A stretch of DNA of 64,000 bases from Chitinophagales bacterium (GTDB lineage: Bacteria > Bacteroidota > Bacteroidia > Chitinophagales > JADIYW01), in contig JAIBAX010000021.1 in NCBI GenBank assembly GCA_019694955.1, positions 989-64,988 on the forward strand, read 5' to 3'. Shown piece by piece: positions 55,623 to 64,000 of the stretch (within the stretch, counting starts at the first letter, position 1; each line of letters begins with the position of its first letter). The position numbers and the translations under genes were made by a program. The notes beneath the pieces were generated by a model, which made no database searches, was not told the origin of the DNA, and saw nothing but the letters and a program-made list of their open reading frames with translations.

Positions 55623-56645
55623 ATGCTCGTTAATTACTATTATCCTTACTCATTATCTCCACAGCGTTTGGATAAACACTTGGCATCAGGGTGGTTTAGA
55701 AATGGAAATATGTTGTTCACAACGAAGGTTCTTTGTTTGGATGGAGAGATGTATAATGTTATCAACGCCAGATTGGATTTACAACATCATACTGCATACG
55801 CTGGAAGTCTTCGCAAAATGTATCGTAGGAATTTTGACCGCTTTCAGTTTAACATTCAACGCGCTACTATTACCGAAGAAAAAGAAAACCTTTACCTCAA
55901 CCATCAGAAGAAATTCAAAGGGTTTGTATACAATTCTATATATAAGTTCCTTTATGGAGAGAACGTTTCAAGGTTGCCAATATTCGATACTTGGGAAGTA
56001 AATGTATATGACGGGGATAAATTGGTGGCATTCAGTTATTTTGATATGGGGCACAACAGCCTTGCAAGCATTTTAGGAATTTATCATGGCGATTATGCCA
56101 AATATAGCCTTGGGTTATTCACCATGATGCTAGAGGTAGAATATGGCAAAAAGCAAGGCATTAAATACTATTATCCGGGTTATGTTTTGGATAAACCTTC
56201 CTCATTTGATTATAAGTTAAAACTTGGCGTCTATGATTTTTACCAAGATGGTAAATGGAAGCCGTATGCGCAATTGACTATTGAAAAACTCTCTGGCAGG
56301 CAGATTATTGCGAGACTCAAAGATTTTGAGCAAGTGCTGATTAAAGAAAATATTGTTCACGAATGGAGATATTATCCATATTTCTCATTAGGTTATTTTC
56401 AAGATGTTGCCCACCCTTTTGTCAAAAGTCCCATTCATTTAGTATTGAAAGATCAAAGCTCAGATGACCGCTATCGCATTGTAGAATATGATGTTGAGAA
56501 AGAGCAATACCTAATACAGGAAGTGATTGAATGTCCGGAATACGATTTTATCCTACACAAACAAGATAAAACAAGCGATGGGTTTCATGCGAAGCAGTGG
56601 CAGCGTGTACTACGCTATGAAAACAAAACAAAAGATGCGTCTTAG
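55623..56645 (+). CDS. Arginyl/leucyl-tRNA--protein transferase (ATE/Bpt)-like protein
   Basis: 340 aa. It has LASGWFRNG near the N-terminus and a YYYPGYV motif. This is a moderate call by eye. Confidence 0.5.
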   Translation: MLVNYYYPYSLSPQRLDKHLASGWFRNGNMLFTTKVLCLDGEMYNVINARLDLQHHTAYAGSLRKMYRRNFDRFQFNIQRATITEEKENLYLNHQKKFKGFVYNSIYKFLYGENVSRLPIFDTWEVNVYDGDKLVAFSYFDMGHNSLASILGIYHGDYAKYSLGLFTMMLEVEYGKKQGIKYYYPGYVLDKPSSFDYKLKLGVYDFYQDGKWKPYAQLTIEKLSGRQIIARLKDFEQVLIKENIVHEWRYYPYFSLGYFQDVAHPFVKSPIHLVLKDQSSDDRYRIVEYDVEKEQYLIQEVIECPEYDFILHKQDKTSDGFHAKQWQRVLRYENKTKDAS

Positions 56646-56704
56646 AATAAACTTTCCCCTTAGAATCTTGATTCTTTTTTAAAATTGACTTACATTTGAT
56701 TTGT

Positions 56705-57790
56705 ATGCAAAGAATAATCGTTTTTTTATGCTTGTGGGTATTTTTATTTGGATGTAAAACACCACAAAATACTACTTCCACAACTGCTATAGAGGAACAT
56801 GTTGAGGAAGATACAGATACCCGTGGTGATATACGTTTTGTCAACTATAATATAGAAAACCTCTATGATACATATAATGACACTTTAAAGGACGATGAAG
56901 AATTTCTACCATGGGGCATGAAGGCTTGGACACAAGAGCGATATAATCAGAAACTTAAAAATATATACAAAGTTCTGGTCAATGTTGGTGGTTGGGAAAT
57001 GCCGGATATCATCACCTTAGAAGAAATAGAAAATAGAAGGGTATTAGAAGACCTCATTGAAAGAACACCGATGTCGCAATATAAATATGGTATTGTGCAT
57101 GAGGATTCTCCCGATGCACGCGGTGTTGACGTTGGTTTCATTTATAGAAGAGATAAGTTTACGCCATTGCAACATAGTGTAATACGAATAACTTTTCCAT
57201 TTGATACCGCTTCTAAGACTAGGGATGTATTGATGGTGAAAGGGCTGATTAATAAAATGAGGGATACTATGACCGTATTTGTATGTCACTTTCCTTCAAG
57301 ACGTGGTGGCGAAGTTGCTAGTGAGCCAAGACGGGTGTATGTTGCTGAACAGGTGCGAACAAAGATAGATTCTATTCTTGTCAGAGACCCAATGGCAAAA
57401 ATTATTGTTGTTGGAGATTTTAATGACGAACCGGACAATAAAAGTGTGTACGAAGTGCTTCGAGGCAAGGGTGACTTAGACAACCTTCAACCCGGCGATA
57501 TGTATAATTTTATGTACAATATGAAAATGAAAGAGGGTCTTGGAAGTTATAAGTTTCAGGAATTTTGGAACCTGATAGATCATTTTACTGTGTCTCAGGG
57601 TTTTTTTAGCACTTCTTCCATGTCATTCTTAAAACCGACATCAGCCCATATTTATAATAAAGATTGGCTGGTAATGCCGGACGATCAGGCACCAGGCGTA
57701 AAGCCTTTTAGAACATATAATGGCCCACAATATACCGGAGGTTATAGCGACCATCTACCCGTATATTTAGATATTTATTTCAAGAAATAA
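56705..57790 (+). CDS. Endonuclease/exonuclease/phosphatase family lipoprotein
   Basis: It has the lipobox LFGC and the motifs RFVNYNIENL, GDFNDEP and SDHLPV. Confidence 0.8.
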   Translation: MQRIIVFLCLWVFLFGCKTPQNTTSTTAIEEHVEEDTDTRGDIRFVNYNIENLYDTYNDTLKDDEEFLPWGMKAWTQERYNQKLKNIYKVLVNVGGWEMPDIITLEEIENRRVLEDLIERTPMSQYKYGIVHEDSPDARGVDVGFIYRRDKFTPLQHSVIRITFPFDTASKTRDVLMVKGLINKMRDTMTVFVCHFPSRRGGEVASEPRRVYVAEQVRTKIDSILVRDPMAKIIVVGDFNDEPDNKSVYEVLRGKGDLDNLQPGDMYNFMYNMKMKEGLGSYKFQEFWNLIDHFTVSQGFFSTSSMSFLKPTSAHIYNKDWLVMPDDQAPGVKPFRTYNGPQYTGGYSDHLPVYLDIYFKK

Positions 57791-57830
57791 TTTTACAATC
57801 GGGACGTTAATAATAAAAAACTGTACAATT

Positions 57831-59051
57831 ATGAGGCTTTTCACATGGATAACATTGCTTATCCCCTTTTTTGCGCAAGCACAGATTTCTGAGAAGAAAA
57901 TCGACAAAATAAATAAGTACTTAAAAGAAGACAAGTACGAACAAGCAGATGCCATTGCACAAGAATTGGTTTTGGAGGAACCAACAAACGAGGATGCATG
58001 GAGAATACTCATAGATGTTCGTGGCTTTTGGTATCAGTTTGCAAAAAAATCTGGGAGTCTATTCCAAAATTTTACCATAAAAGTAGAAGGTGAAGACAAG
58101 GATTCGCTGGCAAGTTCTCTGGAAAACTTGTTGAAGAATGTCGACCTTTCTGCTGATGAAAAAGACCTGTATATGGGTGCTTGTAGAGAGGCTACGCTCC
58201 TTTTTAAGGATAATTCACATGCAGAGGTTTTGCTGAGAACCAATCTCTTCGATGAGGAGTCTTTGTCTGAAAACAAGGAAGCACTCAAGCAATTTAACCT
58301 TGCCGAAGATAAGTTTGTTGAGGAAAGCTATAGTCTGGCAGCAAAATACTACAAAAAGGCCATAGAATTGGATTCTTCGTTCTTTAAGGCAAGATTGTAT
58401 TTAGGAGATGTTTATTTTATGATCAAGGAGTATGATTTGGCTATTAAGTCATTTTCCGAAGCGGTGCAATCTAATCCAAAAATGAATGATGCTATTAAAT
58501 TTTTAGGTGATGCCTATTTTAGGAATGGCGATTACGACCTTGCGCTGGCAACATATAGGCAGTCTTTGGCACTTTATCCGGAATCCCTCGTCAGAAATTA
58601 TTACGAAGATACTGGCGACAAGTTGGAAAAGCCGTGTTCTTTTGAGTGGGTTAAGAGAGGTTGTTTCCCAAATGTGGTGAACGATTCTTCAGATTATACG
58701 CCTGTAATTTTAAAGACCGCCGTCTCCAATTGGAAACATTATCAAACCGCAAAAACGAAGGTAGAAAAGTTTTGCTCCAATGATGGTATAATCAGCGATG
58801 ATAATGGTGTGACGAAAGAAAAGTATTTGGAAGTGTATAGCTGGAAATATATGTTAGAAAATTCATCTACAGGATTTTTACCCTATGTCAGAAAAATTGA
58901 TGCCGCCGGATACTTAGATTGCTATATTTTCATCAATCAATTCCATCACGACCTATTACCGCAGTTTCAGCATTTCGTTCAAAACAATGGTGAAAGAATA
59001 GATGCATATCTTCAATTTCTTACCACTTTAAATAATAATAAATCCAGATAA
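57831..59051 (+). CDS. TPR-repeat protein, secreted
   Basis: It has a signal peptide and several A..YY.KA...D / G..Y..G-type TPR units. Confidence 0.7.
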   Translation: MRLFTWITLLIPFFAQAQISEKKIDKINKYLKEDKYEQADAIAQELVLEEPTNEDAWRILIDVRGFWYQFAKKSGSLFQNFTIKVEGEDKDSLASSLENLLKNVDLSADEKDLYMGACREATLLFKDNSHAEVLLRTNLFDEESLSENKEALKQFNLAEDKFVEESYSLAAKYYKKAIELDSSFFKARLYLGDVYFMIKEYDLAIKSFSEAVQSNPKMNDAIKFLGDAYFRNGDYDLALATYRQSLALYPESLVRNYYEDTGDKLEKPCSFEWVKRGCFPNVVNDSSDYTPVILKTAVSNWKHYQTAKTKVEKFCSNDGIISDDNGVTKEKYLEVYSWKYMLENSSTGFLPYVRKIDAAGYLDCYIFINQFHHDLLPQFQHFVQNNGERIDAYLQFLTTLNNNKSR

Positions 59052-59060
59052 AAAAGCTCC

Positions 59061-59143
59061 GACTTTCCAGCGTTCTCGTATAAACAAGAGAACAAGGAAT
59101 TGGGTTATATTAATGGGCTATTTTATAATTACTTTTGTGATAA
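59061..59143 (+). repeat. Repeat family B, copy B2 (5'-truncated)
   Basis: GTTCTCGTATAAACAAGAGAACAAGGAATTGGGTTATATTAATGGGCTATTTTATAATTACTTTTGTGATAA aligns with the 3' two-thirds of B1. Confidence 0.65.
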
Positions 59144-59186
59144 TATATTGAAGTTCAAAACATATTCGAGTATTGGATAACAAAAT

Positions 59187-59227
59187 ATTTGTCTCTAACT
59201 GTATTTTTTATATAGTTAGAGACAAAT
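59187..59227. terminator. Bidirectional terminator (14-bp stem)
   Basis: ATTTGTCTCTAACT-13 nt T-rich loop-AGTTAGAGACAAAT lies between convergent genes. Confidence 0.7.
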
Positions 59228-59238
59228 ATATGTATAAA

Positions 59239-60807
59239 TTATAGGCTCTTACTTGTTTTTAACAACCTTATCATTTCTGATCGGAAACCATCTTCATCAT
59301 CGCCTTTAGCATCTTTTGCAAGTTCGAGTGCCATATCCCAATTCCCCTCGCCAATGTATTGGCTTTCTTTAAGTAACATTCCCCATAAAGCTACTGAAGA
59401 AGCAAATCTAAAGTCATTGGTTGTACGGTCTATTGCTTTTGGTCTGCCTTCTATAGTCCATTTCAGTTCATTGCTTTTATCAGACTGAACGGGTTTATAC
59501 CTTGTTTTGATGGTAGCTATTTCCTCGCCAAAATCCAGGGGTGTTTTTTCTACTTTCTGATATTTTAACTCATCTGGTAGATTCAAATCCTCCACTTTAG
59601 CACCCACCGGAACAATCTCATATAAGGCTGTCACGGTATGTCCGGCGCCCATTTCACCGGCATCCTTATGATCGTCTTTGAAATCTTCATCATTCAGGCG
59701 TCTGTTATCATAACCTACCAAACGATAGGCAAGTACTTTTGCAGGGTTAAACTCTATCTGTATTTTCACATCTTTCGCAATTGTAAACAAGGTTCCGCAT
59801 ATCTCATCACCAAATATCTTCTCAGCTTCCTGTTGGGTATCTATATATGCATAATTGCCATTTCCCTTGTCTGCAATGATTTCCAATTTGGCATCCTGAA
59901 GATTGCCCATGCCAAAACCAAGACACGACATAAAAACGCCCGTTTCTCGCTTTTCCTCAATTAGCTTAAGCATGTCCTCATCAGAAGATGGACCAACATT
60001 AAAATCTCCATCAGTAGCAAGAATCACACGATTATTGCCCTTTTTAATATAGTTGTCAGTAGCAATTTTATAGGCCAACTCCAAGCCTTCACCACCATTA
60101 GTGGAACCTCCTGCTTCTAAATTTTCAATAGCCTCTAATATTTTTTCTTGCTTTTTGGCAGACGTAGATGCCAACACCTCTCCAGCCGCCCCTGCATATA
60201 CAACGATAGCGATTCTATCTTCTGCTCTCAACTGCTTGACGAGTGTCTTCAAGGAAGATTTTACCAGTGGCAATTTATTTGGATCACTCATTGAACCGGA
60301 AACATCGATTAGAAAGACTAAATTATTGGGCGGTAAATCCTCTAGTGCTACCCTTTTACCTTGTAAACCAATTTGCAAGAGTTGATGTGTTTGATTCCAT
60401 GGGCACGTGGCATATTCATAATTTACGGTATATGGGTATTGGGTATCAGGCTCTTTATAATCATAGCTAAAATAATTGATCATTTCTTCAATCCTAACAG
60501 CATCTGCCGGAGGCTTCTGTCCCATATTTACCATTCTTCGTATATTGCTGTATGAAGCCCTGTCTACATCTATAGAAAATGTTGAGAGTGGGTTTGACTT
60601 CACCGATTTAAATCCCGATTCTTCCTGATGTGCATAAGATTCTGTCGGTTCGGGCGTCATTCCCACACAGTAATCCATCTCTACATTCGGTAGTGCGACA
60701 CACTCAGTGGCTTCTTCGGCTACTTCTGTAGTTTCTAATTGCTCTTTCTCTTTGCATCCCGCCAAAAGAATAGCGCATGTAATCATCCATAAAATGCTGT
60801 TTTTCAT
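59239..60807 (-). CDS. von Willebrand factor type A domain lipoprotein (YfbK-like)
   Basis: It has LSTFSIDVDRASYSNIRR (vWA N-terminal extension) and the MIDAS motif DVSGSMS. The lipobox is LAGC. Confidence 0.9.
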   Translation of the reverse strand: MKNSILWMITCAILLAGCKEKEQLETTEVAEEATECVALPNVEMDYCVGMTPEPTESYAHQEESGFKSVKSNPLSTFSIDVDRASYSNIRRMVNMGQKPPADAVRIEEMINYFSYDYKEPDTQYPYTVNYEYATCPWNQTHQLLQIGLQGKRVALEDLPPNNLVFLIDVSGSMSDPNKLPLVKSSLKTLVKQLRAEDRIAIVVYAGAAGEVLASTSAKKQEKILEAIENLEAGGSTNGGEGLELAYKIATDNYIKKGNNRVILATDGDFNVGPSSDEDMLKLIEEKRETGVFMSCLGFGMGNLQDAKLEIIADKGNGNYAYIDTQQEAEKIFGDEICGTLFTIAKDVKIQIEFNPAKVLAYRLVGYDNRRLNDEDFKDDHKDAGEMGAGHTVTALYEIVPVGAKVEDLNLPDELKYQKVEKTPLDFGEEIATIKTRYKPVQSDKSNELKWTIEGRPKAIDRTTNDFRFASSVALWGMLLKESQYIGEGNWDMALELAKDAKGDDEDGFRSEMIRLLKTSKSL

Positions 60808-60888
60808 TGTAGTATTTTACCCTTTATGCTAAAAACCACCAAGCGTAACCCACGTTAAGCAAACATTAAGAAATTTTAAGAATTTGCG

Positions 60889-60997
60889 ATAATCACAAGA
60901 GGAATGAATAAATAGTCTAATAATAAAATCCAAAATTCTTTGTTCTCGTGAAGACACGAAAACATGAGCAGATTACTTTATAAATCCTCCTGTTATA
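60889..60997 (-). repeat. Repeat family B, copy B4
   Basis: It has the same orientation and sequence pattern as B3 (..TTGTTCTCGTGAAGACACGAAAAC..TTTATAAATCCTCCTGTTATA). It is abutted at 60847-60880 by a fragment of the family A left end (AACCCACGTTAAGCAAACATTAAGAAATTT). Confidence 0.65.
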
Positions 60998-61029
60998 TGT
61001 TGAAGTTAAATTGGAAATATAAACGAAAC

Positions 61030-61986
61030 TTATTCCTGAACGACGGCACTTTTTCTTTTCTTTTCTTTACCGCCTAAACCAAAGGTTCTTGTCATATTAA
61101 AACCAAGGTGTATGTCTCCTTTAAAGAAATTTCCGCTGGTTTGTCGCATAAAGCCTTGTTCAAACATCGCCTGTGCATTGGTTATTTGCACCTGAAAAAC
61201 ATGGCCTCCAGTAAAGTAATCAAATCCTATGGCGAGGGCATCGTGCATGCCGTTATTTGGATTATCCTTGATTCGGGCATAATATTCGGCAGTAATACCC
61301 ATTCTTTCAATCACCCGAAACTTTGCACCCACACCCATTAAAAAAAGTGTGTTTTTATCTTCTATTGTTTCCACAAGGTTATAGTGAACCATCGTTGGTG
61401 CTACTTGCAGGGAAAACCAGTCACAGAATTTCCTGGAGAGTAGTAATTGTCCGGTATAAGATATTCTTTGTGAAAAATAGGTAGGTCTATTGTCGGGATA
61501 TAAGTCTTTCCTAGTGTCAAAGGCTATAGATGCGAAGGCTACTGCTGTGATGGGCATTCCGTGAACCTTTTGCTCCAGTAATTTTCCTTTTGCATACAAA
61601 TCAAATGTTTTCAGAAAAGTGCTTCTACCCACTCCTATGGACAATTGATCCAAGATTCCATATTGCAAACCAATCCTCATGGAGGCCTGATCTAACCCAA
61701 AAAATTCTCTCCACCCGCTATTTACACGACCGAATCGGTGGGCGATGTTAAATTCCAAAACTTTTTTATTCAACATTTCTGTGGACTGACCATTGATAAG
61801 TCTGTTGCCGATAAAGGTATTATAAACTTTTTCCTTCTTAGCTGAAGGAGATTCAACGGCGGTACTATCAACGCCTTCTTCCATTGCCTCTAAATCGTCT
61901 AATAAGCCCCCTTGTGCAAAACAATGACTTGATAATAGAACATTTGAAATTATACAAATCAACGTTGTAAAAAAACTCTTTCTCAT
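61030..61986 (-). CDS. DUF5777-like outer-membrane beta-barrel protein
   Basis: It has a signal peptide, an IAHRFG motif, and alternating beta-strand patterning ending in an aromatic-rich strand. The Met at 61986 is preferred. Confidence 0.55.
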   Translation of the reverse strand: MRKSFFTTLICIISNVLLSSHCFAQGGLLDDLEAMEEGVDSTAVESPSAKKEKVYNTFIGNRLINGQSTEMLNKKVLEFNIAHRFGRVNSGWREFFGLDQASMRIGLQYGILDQLSIGVGRSTFLKTFDLYAKGKLLEQKVHGMPITAVAFASIAFDTRKDLYPDNRPTYFSQRISYTGQLLLSRKFCDWFSLQVAPTMVHYNLVETIEDKNTLFLMGVGAKFRVIERMGITAEYYARIKDNPNNGMHDALAIGFDYFTGGHVFQVQITNAQAMFEQGFMRQTSGNFFKGDIHLGFNMTRTFGLGGKEKKRKSAVVQE

Positions 61987-61996
61987 AACATAATTT

Positions 61997-62386
61997 TTAA
62001 TTGTTTGGCATTGTATCATTCACCCAAACTTCAATTTTATTTAAAATGCAAATATCTAACTTTTTATCGCCTTTTGGCATAGGTGATACGCCGGAATTGT
62101 GTTGTAAGCTATTCAAAAAAACATTCGGTCGCAATTGTTCGAATGCCTTGATTTTTTCATAACTGCCTAAATTAATGCCATTCCCAGATACCATATAATT
62201 TTCTGTGCCATGACAATAATTGCATTTGGCATCAATAATTGGTTTAACATCTTTCTTAAAAGAAGCAGTATCTACCTCACAATCTCCAATATAATATTGA
62301 TATAATTCTTCCTCACTATCTGTATAACAAGCATTTAGTGAAGATATCACCACCAATAAAATCATTATTTTTATTACTATCTTCAT
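61997..62386 (-). CDS. Small lipoprotein with a c-type haem-binding motif (PSCyt1-like)
   Basis: It has the lipobox LNAC and the KPIIDAKCNYCHG CxxCH context. Confidence 0.6.
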   Translation of the reverse strand: MKIVIKIMILLVVISSLNACYTDSEEELYQYYIGDCEVDTASFKKDVKPIIDAKCNYCHGTENYMVSGNGINLGSYEKIKAFEQLRPNVFLNSLQHNSGVSPMPKGDKKLDICILNKIEVWVNDTMPNN

Positions 62387-62420
62387 TTGGTATTTTTTCT
62401 TTATAAAGAAATTGTGTCAA

Positions 62421-64000
62421 TTATTCTATGACAATTGTTTGAATATATCTTTCTCCTTTGTCATTTGTAATTGTAAGTAAATATACACCTTGTGGCATGT
62501 TATTTACATTTATAGGATTAATTAACTTACTATCAAACCATCTTTTTTCAAAGAACACTTCTTGACCTAAGGAATTATATAAATTCAGCGTATAAAAATC
62601 TGCTATATCAGCGACAATGGTAAAGACTCCAGTGTTTGGATTTGGGAACAATTTAAACTTAGATTTCAAAATATTATCTATACTTGTGAGGCAGGTATTG
62701 ATATAAATATCTTGATTATTAGGGATACCATCCACGCCATCTACTCTACTAATTACTCTAATTCTATATTTTTTGCTACTTGGAGAGCCTCCAGGAATAT
62801 GAGCATAAATTGGATTTGAATAAGCATAGCCAATAGTTGTTGGGTTGGTAGTAAAATTCCCTAATGTATCGGAGAGTTGGGCAATAAATGGCCCAGTCAA
62901 ATTGCCAATAGTTGTAAAATTTACTTCCACATCATATGTGGTATTGCTACAATATGGCCCATAGTTAATATCAGAAGTGCTGATTTCCTTGCAGGTATTA
63001 ATCCATATATAAGAATTGCCGGGATCTCCAATTGTCATTGGATTCTCATTGATAATGCGTACCTGATATCCAAAACCAAATGGTGTGTTTGAAGGAATAA
63101 CGCCATAAATAGGTGTTGTGATCCCCGTTCCAATTACGATAGGATTGGTAAAATCTCCATTTTTATCGGATAGTTGAGCTATGAATGAACCTACAAAACT
63201 ACCTGAATAACTAAATGGGATGGTTATATTATACGAGGTATTCTCACAAAAGGGACTATTTGGGATTTCTTGGGTTATAATGGCGTTGGGACAACTATAT
63301 GTTATTATCACTTCATCATAATTAGCGGGACAATTCATGTTACTGATAGTCCATCTTAAAATATTTTGCCCTGATTGGATATTTGTAATAATGGTTTGAG
63401 GATCTTCAGGATTCTCTATGGTACAATTACCACTGATTAATGTCCATAACCCTGTTCCAACAAGCGGAGTGTTTCCCTGCAAGGTTGTTGAATTGGAACA
63501 AATCAACATATTCTCTCCTGCATCTGCTAGCGTAGCCTCCGCAATTTTAGTAATATGTACCGTATCTGTACGACTACCACATCCATTACTAATACTCCAT
63601 ACAAATGTATTCAATCCATTGCTTAATCCATTAACTACTGTACTAGGTGAATGTTGGTCGGTAATAACTCCACTGCCATACTGCAAGGTCCATGTACCTA
63701 TCCCTATCTGTGGCACATTGCCCATTAGTAAAACTGTATTTAAACATACCGTCTGATCTAATCCTGCATTCGATGCACTCGGCATTGTTAATACTTCTAT
63801 ATCAACTGTGTCTCTATTCGTATTACATGGAGAATTACTCACTGACCACTCAAATCTATTTATACCCTCACTTAAATTCGTCACAGTCGTTGTCGGACTT
63901 GTTGGTGAACCCAATATGCCCGTCCCCTGCAAGGTTCGCCACATCCCCGAACCTACCTGTGGAATATTGCCCTCTATGGTTACACTTGTAGCACATATCT
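62421..64000 (-). CDS. Repeat-rich T9SS-secreted protein (5' end beyond window)
   Basis: The C-terminal T9SS sorting domain reads FKLFPNPNTGVFTI...GVYLLTITNDKGERYIQTIVIE. The frame stays open upstream of the track Met at 63944 to position 64000 (..CATSVTIEGNIPQVGSGMW..). There are internal ~75-aa and ~115-aa repeats. Confidence 0.85.
   Translation of the reverse strand, partial: ICATSVTIEGNIPQVGSGMWRTLQGTGILGSPTSPTTTVTNLSEGINRFEWSVSNSPCNTNRDTVDIEVLTMPSASNAGLDQTVCLNTVLLMGNVPQIGIGTWTLQYGSGVITDQHSPSTVVNGLSNGLNTFVWSISNGCGSRTDTVHITKIAEATLADAGENMLICSNSTTLQGNTPLVGTGLWTLISGNCTIENPEDPQTIITNIQSGQNILRWTISNMNCPANYDEVIITYSCPNAIITQEIPNSPFCENTSYNITIPFSYSGSFVGSFIAQLSDKNGDFTNPIVIGTGITTPIYGVIPSNTPFGFGYQVRIINENPMTIGDPGNSYIWINTCKEISTSDINYGPYCSNTTYDVEVNFTTIGNLTGPFIAQLSDTLGNFTTNPTTIGYAYSNPIYAHIPGGSPSSKKYRIRVISRVDGVDGIPNNQDIYINTCLTSIDNILKSKFKLFPNPNTGVFTIVADIADFYTLNLYNSLGQEVFFEKRWFDSKLINPINVNNMPQGVYLLTITNDKGERYIQTIVIE

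Overview
Low-GC Bacteroidota chromosomal segment. The phylum call rests on a T9SS C-terminal sorting domain, a TonB-dependent receptor with an HYC_CC_PP-type partner, many lipoproteins and TAnnTTTG-type -7 boxes. Core genes: dnaA followed by tRNA-Ser and tRNA-Pro, mreB-mreC-mreD-mrdA-rodA, purH, purN, gmd-fcl, slyD, an IscA-type Fe-S carrier, an FNR plus 2Fe-2S ferredoxin pair, and Hsp20. Less ordinary content: (i) At the left edge, a type I R-M operon ordered HTH - hsdR - GxxExxY nuclease-like gene - hsdS (partial). The HTH gene carries an in-frame amber codon and overlaps hsdR by ATGA. (ii) Directly next to it, an orphan cluster with four PhyH-type Fe(II)/2OG dioxygenase domains in three translationally coupled genes, one domain having an HxN instead of an HxD metal motif. 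It faces a tocopherol/sterol-MT-like methyltransferase coupled to a UbiA prenyltransferase, with a DUF4184 membrane protein and a secreted protein nearby. (iii) A metal-acquisition-like module: HYC_CC_PP protein, TonB-dependent receptor, and a cysteine-rich lipoprotein with a heavy-metal-binding domain. (iv) An envelope glycan O-acylation/glycosyl-transfer locus: FkbH-like protein, MBOAT, DltD-like partner, acyltransferase-3 and two putative GTs. (v) Two families of dispersed intergenic repeats. One is MITE-like with 17-nt terminal inverted repeats. The other is a ~105-nt hairpin element found each time just 3' of a co-oriented gene. My best candidate for an undescribed system is (ii), followed by (v) and (iii). 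All family calls come from motif recognition by eye and no searches were run. Hairpin and repeat coordinates are hand-counted (about +/-2 nt).
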